A stretch of 59,144 nt of DNA, filler included, from Nitrospirota bacterium (lineage in GTDB: Bacteria; UBA2233), in assembly GCA_011620345.1 (NCBI GenBank). It is 7 parts of 7 records of this genome, joined end to end, with 100 filler letters (N's around TTAATTAATTAA, not from the genome) between each part and the next. Parts side by side here need not be neighbours in the genome. Positions count along the whole stretch, not along the records: positions 54,969 to 59,144 come from WOZJ01000035.1; 6 more parts are not named here. One strand, written 5' to 3'. Below the pieces are notes generated by a model, which saw nothing but the letters and a program-made list of their open reading frames with translations, was not told the origin of the DNA and ran no database searches. The number at the start of each line of letters is the position of its first letter. Position 1 is the stretch's first letter. Both the position numbers and the translations under genes were made by a program. Below are positions 55,229-59,144 of this stretch, one piece after another.

Positions 55229-57292
55229 TTACTCATACCGGAGCGCTTCGACGGGGTCGAGCCTGGAAGCCTTGTTTGCGGGGTAAATGCCGAAGAAAAT
55301 TCCGACGGCCGCGCTGAAGCCCGTGGCCAGCAGGATTGATTTAAGCGAAACGACGGATTCAATCGCCTTTGAGGTTTTCAGCGCGCTCGCCAAGCCTTTG
55401 CTTACGAAAAACCCGAGCCCAACGCCAAGAAGGATGCCGAACAATCCCCCGATGACGCTGAGGCTGACCGCCTCGATCAAGAACTGCGAAAGCACGTCTT
55501 TCCTCGAGGCCCCGATGGCCTTCCTTATGCCGATCTCACGGGTTCTTTCGGTAACCGTTACGAGCATGATGTTCATGATGCCGATTCCGCCGATCAAGAG
55601 GGAGATCAGCGCGATTCCGCCCAACAGGACCGTAAACGTACCGGTGACCCGCTCCATCGTCTTTAGAAACTCTTCTTGCGTACGAATCGTGAAATCCTCG
55701 AGGCCGTTGTGGCGTGCCTTGAGAATGCTCGTGACCAGCGCCTGGACGAGCTTGGCCTGTTTGAGCTCCTTTGTCTCAAGGTAAATGGCCTGAACCCTGT
55801 CGTTGCCCGTGAAGCGCTTCTGGATCGTCGTGATGGGCAAGAACATCTGGTCGTTAGGGTCTACGAAGATGCTTTTTTCTTTACGCTCCATGATCCCGAT
55901 TACGGTCAGGCGTTCGTTGCCCACCTTGATCGTCTTCCCGAGCGGGTCTTCGGTCGTGCCAAAAAGCCTCTCTTGAACCTTCGTGCCGATGACGCAGACG
56001 TTGGCCCAGTTGTCCTCGTCGGCTTTACTGAAGAACCGTCCGCGCCCGACGTAGAACGTTCGGACGTAGGGGAAGTTCTCCGAGGTCCCCTTGACCGAGG
56101 TAAAGTACTGCTCCCCTTTGTAGCGAATCCAGCCGCCAAAGTTTGACTCCGGGCACACGCGCTTGATTTGGGGGATGCTTCGCGCAAGCGTATCGGCATC
56201 TTCGTTCGTAAGGCCTTTGGTAAGCCCGAGGGCTTTACGTTTCTCTTCCTTGGCCAGCTCGGCGATGGGCTTTGGGGAGACGATGATCAAGTTCGAGCCC
56301 AATTCCTGGATCTGGCTTGTAACCTGGCGTTTGGCCCCTTCGCCGATGCTGAGCATTCCGATGACCGCCGCTACGCCAATAATAATGCCGAGCATCGTAA
56401 GGAACGAACGGAGCTTGTTATGCAGAAGGTTGCGCATGCCGTTGTTGACGCCCTCTCTAAGGCTTGCCCGTCCCTTGTGTCCGAGGATCGTCTTTGCCTT
56501 TGCCGCGGCTCCGGATTGGGGCCTGCTGCCTGGCTCCAAGGCGCCCTGGGGCCCTACGATGCCTTCGGGGCCGCCGATCTTGGCCGCGGGAACGTGGCCC
56601 TGCCTTCCGTCAAGGTGCTCATCGCTCTGGATCTTCCCGTCTCGGATTGACAAGATCCGGTTGGCCTGTCTGGCGACTTCCGGGTCGTGCGTGACGAGAA
56701 TGATCGTTCGTCCTTCGGCGTTGAGCTCCTTGAAGATCCGCATGATTTCCGCCGAAGACTTGGAATCGAGGTTTCCTGTCGGCTCGTCGGCCAAAATGAG
56801 CGCAGGGTCACCCACAAGCGCACGCGCGATCGCGACCCTTTGACGCTCCCCGCCGGAAAGCTCGTTTGGGTCGTGGTGAATCCGGTGGCTAAGCCCTACG
56901 CGTTCCAGGAGCGCAACGGATCTCTTGAGCCGAGCCTCTTTTTCGATCCCCCTGTAAAGAAGGGGGAGCTCGACGTTCGCTACGGCAGGGAGCCTCGGCA
57001 AAAGGTTGAAGTTTTGGAATACGAACCCGATCTTCGCGTTTCTTATGGCCGCAAGCTCTTCATCGTCGAGCGCGCTGACGTTGATGTCGTCCAGCTCGTA
57101 GGTGCCGTAGGTAGGGGTCGAAAGGCACCCCACGATGTCCATGAGCGTCGACTTGCCAGAGCCGGATGGGCCCATGATGGCAACCATCTCTCCCGCTTCG
57201 ATCTCGAAGGAAACGTCATCGAGGGCGGCAACGAAGTTATCTTTTCCTAAGAAATAGTGCTTACTGATCCCTTCAAGCCGAATGAGCGGCAC
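55229..57292 (-). CDS. macB: MacB-type ABC transporter, fused ATPase + permease
   Basis: GPSGSGKST, LSGGERQR, ADEPTGNLD, RSFLTMLGIIIGV, GGIGIMNIMLVTVTERTREIG, LDPVEALRYE. Confidence 0.93.
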   Translation of the reverse strand: MPLIRLEGISKHYFLGKDNFVAALDDVSFEIEAGEMVAIMGPSGSGKSTLMDIVGCLSTPTYGTYELDDINVSALDDEELAAIRNAKIGFVFQNFNLLPRLPAVANVELPLLYRGIEKEARLKRSVALLERVGLSHRIHHDPNELSGGERQRVAIARALVGDPALILADEPTGNLDSKSSAEIMRIFKELNAEGRTIILVTHDPEVARQANRILSIRDGKIQSDEHLDGRQGHVPAAKIGGPEGIVGPQGALEPGSRPQSGAAAKAKTILGHKGRASLREGVNNGMRNLLHNKLRSFLTMLGIIIGVAAVIGMLSIGEGAKRQVTSQIQELGSNLIIVSPKPIAELAKEEKRKALGLTKGLTNEDADTLARSIPQIKRVCPESNFGGWIRYKGEQYFTSVKGTSENFPYVRTFYVGRGRFFSKADEDNWANVCVIGTKVQERLFGTTEDPLGKTIKVGNERLTVIGIMERKEKSIFVDPNDQMFLPITTIQKRFTGNDRVQAIYLETKELKQAKLVQALVTSILKARHNGLEDFTIRTQEEFLKTMERVTGTFTVLLGGIALISLLIGGIGIMNIMLVTVTERTREIGIRKAIGASRKDVLSQFLIEAVSLSVIGGLFGILLGVGLGFFVSKGLASALKTSKAIESVVSLKSILLATGFSAAVGIFFGIYPANKASRLDPVEALRYE

Positions 57293-58499
57293 GGGCCCCT
57301 TCCTCTTGCTTCTTCTCCTCGTGCAGCTGCTCGTACCGGTACACCGCTTCGCTTGGCGAAATTCCCTTGAGGATCTCCACGTAGAGCTCGTTTTTTATCC
57401 CAGGGGTCACGATGCGCTTGGTCCTTTGCCCATTCTCTTTCACGTACACGTAGGAATCGCGCCCTTCTTTTTGAATGAACTCTACAGGAATGTACAGGGC
57501 GTTTTCTTTCGTACCCGTGATGATGTCCACGTCAGCCGTCATGCCAGGAAGCATGGCCGGGTCTTTTTGGTCGATGTCAATAATGACCTCGTAGCTCATG
57601 ATGTTCTCGACGATCTGCCCCTTGGGGGTGATTTTGGATATATGGCCGGCGAATTCCTTGTTGGGAATGGCATCGAGCGATATCTTCACCTTTTGACCCA
57701 AGTTCACCTGAGCGATGTCTACCTCGTTGATGTAGGCCTTGATCTGCATCTTCGTCGTATCGGCCACCTCCATGAGGGCTGTGGTGGTAACAAAGAAGGA
57801 CACGCCCGAAGCTACCTGTTCGCCTTCCTCCAGGTTAATTTTTGTAACGACCCCTTCGATCGGGGAGGTGACAATCGTCTGCTCGAGCCTCGGGACTACG
57901 AACTCGTCCACGGACTGCATCATGGCCTCCGGGTCGTAGCCAGACCCTTTCAGGAGGAGCCATAGGAGCTTTTTGTCGTTTTGGTACTGGAGAAGTGCAG
58001 TCTCATAATTTTTTTTGTAATCTTCGTACTGGTCTTTAGAAACGATCCCCATGTCGTTGAGCGCTTTGTAACGCTCATATTTGGATTTGGCGACCTGAAG
58101 GTTGGTTTCGGAAACACGAACCGAGGCGCGTGCCTGGGTCAGTTGGGTGGCAAACTGGGTTTCTTGCTCGATAATGGCGAGTTTTTGGCCTTTGCTGACC
58201 TTATCGCCCTCCTCGACGAATATTTTCCTGATCGTGCCGCCCTGTTCAGACTTCACTTCGATAAGACTGGAAGGTTCGAGGTTCCCGACATCCTTGATGG
58301 CGGCCTCCAACGGGCCCACCTGAGGCTTGGCCGTGAGTTCGAACTCGTCCGTCTTGGTCTGGCCTCCCATGCGGGTCATGTAAAACACGCCGGCAATGAG
58401 GGCCAGCAAAATAAAGAACGCGGCCCTTCTTCTTGTCTTTGCCTTGGTTCGGTCGTTTCGTTGAAGACGCGGGGGAGTGCTCTTTGGTTGTACCTCCAT
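57273..58499 (-). CDS. macA: Efflux periplasmic adaptor (MFP), MacA-like
   Basis: N-terminal TM, lipoyl halves 'V.EGDKV.KGQ' and 'SPIEGVV', 'NEVDIA.V..GQ', 'LPGMTA'. Confidence 0.88.
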   Translation of the reverse strand: MEVQPKSTPPRLQRNDRTKAKTRRRAAFFILLALIAGVFYMTRMGGQTKTDEFELTAKPQVGPLEAAIKDVGNLEPSSLIEVKSEQGGTIRKIFVEEGDKVSKGQKLAIIEQETQFATQLTQARASVRVSETNLQVAKSKYERYKALNDMGIVSKDQYEDYKKNYETALLQYQNDKKLLWLLLKGSGYDPEAMMQSVDEFVVPRLEQTIVTSPIEGVVTKINLEEGEQVASGVSFFVTTTALMEVADTTKMQIKAYINEVDIAQVNLGQKVKISLDAIPNKEFAGHISKITPKGQIVENIMSYEVIIDIDQKDPAMLPGMTADVDIITGTKENALYIPVEFIQKEGRDSYVYVKENGQRTKRIVTPGIKNELYVEILKGISPSEAVYRYEQLHEEKKQEEGARAAHSA

Positions 58500-58625
58500 G
58501 GGGGAGAAGGCTTCCTTTTGGGTTGGATTGTCTTAATGTTTATCGTGAATAAGCGGGCAGGGTTTCCAGGCTAAATTTCTTCTTTCACCTTAACCTTTGG
58601 CATGCAGGTTGTCAAACCTTCGGGC

Positions 58626-59141
58626 TTAACGTCCCACACCGCCCCGCGGTGACGTAGAGGGGCCTTTTTCATACCAAGGGGTTCTTGGGTTTTGGATGCC
58701 CTCCGGATAGTGGGAGGGCGAACGTAGCTTTGGCAGCGGCTCAGACCTATTGGGCGGTGTCGATCTTTCAGGCCCTTGCGTTGTGGGGGATGACGGGGCA
58801 TCAAACTCCCAGTTTCGCATGGGGGCGCGCTTTTGTCGGATGATGTGGCGAGGCTTGGTTTTTGCCTCCTCCCCGCCTGGCGGCGTGGACGATGTCCAAG
58901 GTACTTGAATTTCCACGCCCTCGGGGATTACGGCCTTATCTGGCTCTACAACACGCACTCCGCCGAAAGCGCCTTCTTGCTTTTTCGCTGGATTGGCCTT
59001 CATGCCTATCGAGCTCGAAAGGCTCCTATCGCGAACGTCGCCTACTCCTTGAGCATGGGCATTTTTTGCCGGCCTCAAGCTCAGGCTCGTCATGACAAAA
59101 AGCACCCCTACTACGAATGGGGCAATCCTAAAACAACGCAT
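58626..59141 (-). CDS. Hypothetical exported, Pro-rich, probably disordered protein
   Basis: Signal-peptide-like N-terminus (AHA|Q) and a low-complexity C-terminal half. Near the window edge. Confidence 0.45.
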   Translation of the reverse strand: MRCFRIAPFVVGVLFVMTSLSLRPAKNAHAQGVGDVRDRSLSSSIGMKANPAKKQEGAFGGVRVVEPDKAVIPEGVEIQVPWTSSTPPGGEEAKTKPRHIIRQKRAPMRNWEFDAPSSPTTQGPERSTPPNRSEPLPKLRSPSHYPEGIQNPRTPWYEKGPSTSPRGGVGR

Positions 59142-59144
59142 ATC

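Overview
This is bacterial (diderm, Deltaproteobacteria-like by gene content; the taxonomy is inference) draft-genome sequence. It is made of 7 contigs joined by artificial 100-nt N/TTAATTAATTAA/N linkers. The complete contigs are ordered by decreasing length, so adjacency across gaps means nothing. Contig 1 (1-29615) is mostly envelope and housekeeping genes: lptFG, ahcY, SPFH, OmpA, an ACT-fused malic enzyme, galU, a CDF transporter, murJ, an NtrY/NtrX-like pair, lpxC, ruvCAB-yebC, ino1, a DEDDh exonuclease and murQ. It also carries a tight 7-gene operon linking two paralogous secreted M30-like zinc peptidases to mpl, a PEP-synthase regulatory protein and a BadF/MurK-type kinase, plus two pseudogenes (TrkH/KtrB and a glyoxylate reductase). 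The short contigs carry: aroE-pilB-pilT-pilC; a decaying island with an IS200/IS605-type right end, followed by pdxA and an NAD-dependent formate dehydrogenase; kdsD-lptCAB-rpoN-hpf; a coupled operon of LeuT-like NSS, small subunit, PTPS-III-type enzyme, amidohydrolase and amtB; a divergent cofG / cofH-frhB-like F420 module; and macAB. The best leads are the sigma54 promoter with twin enhancer sites upstream of lpxC, the peptidase/peptidoglycan-recycling operon, the F420 module, the NSS/PTPS-III/amidohydrolase/AmtB operon, and two small amphipathic orphan proteins sharing an IPF..LVY motif. I saw no rRNA, tRNA or CRISPR array. All family calls come from motif recognition by eye; no database searches were run.
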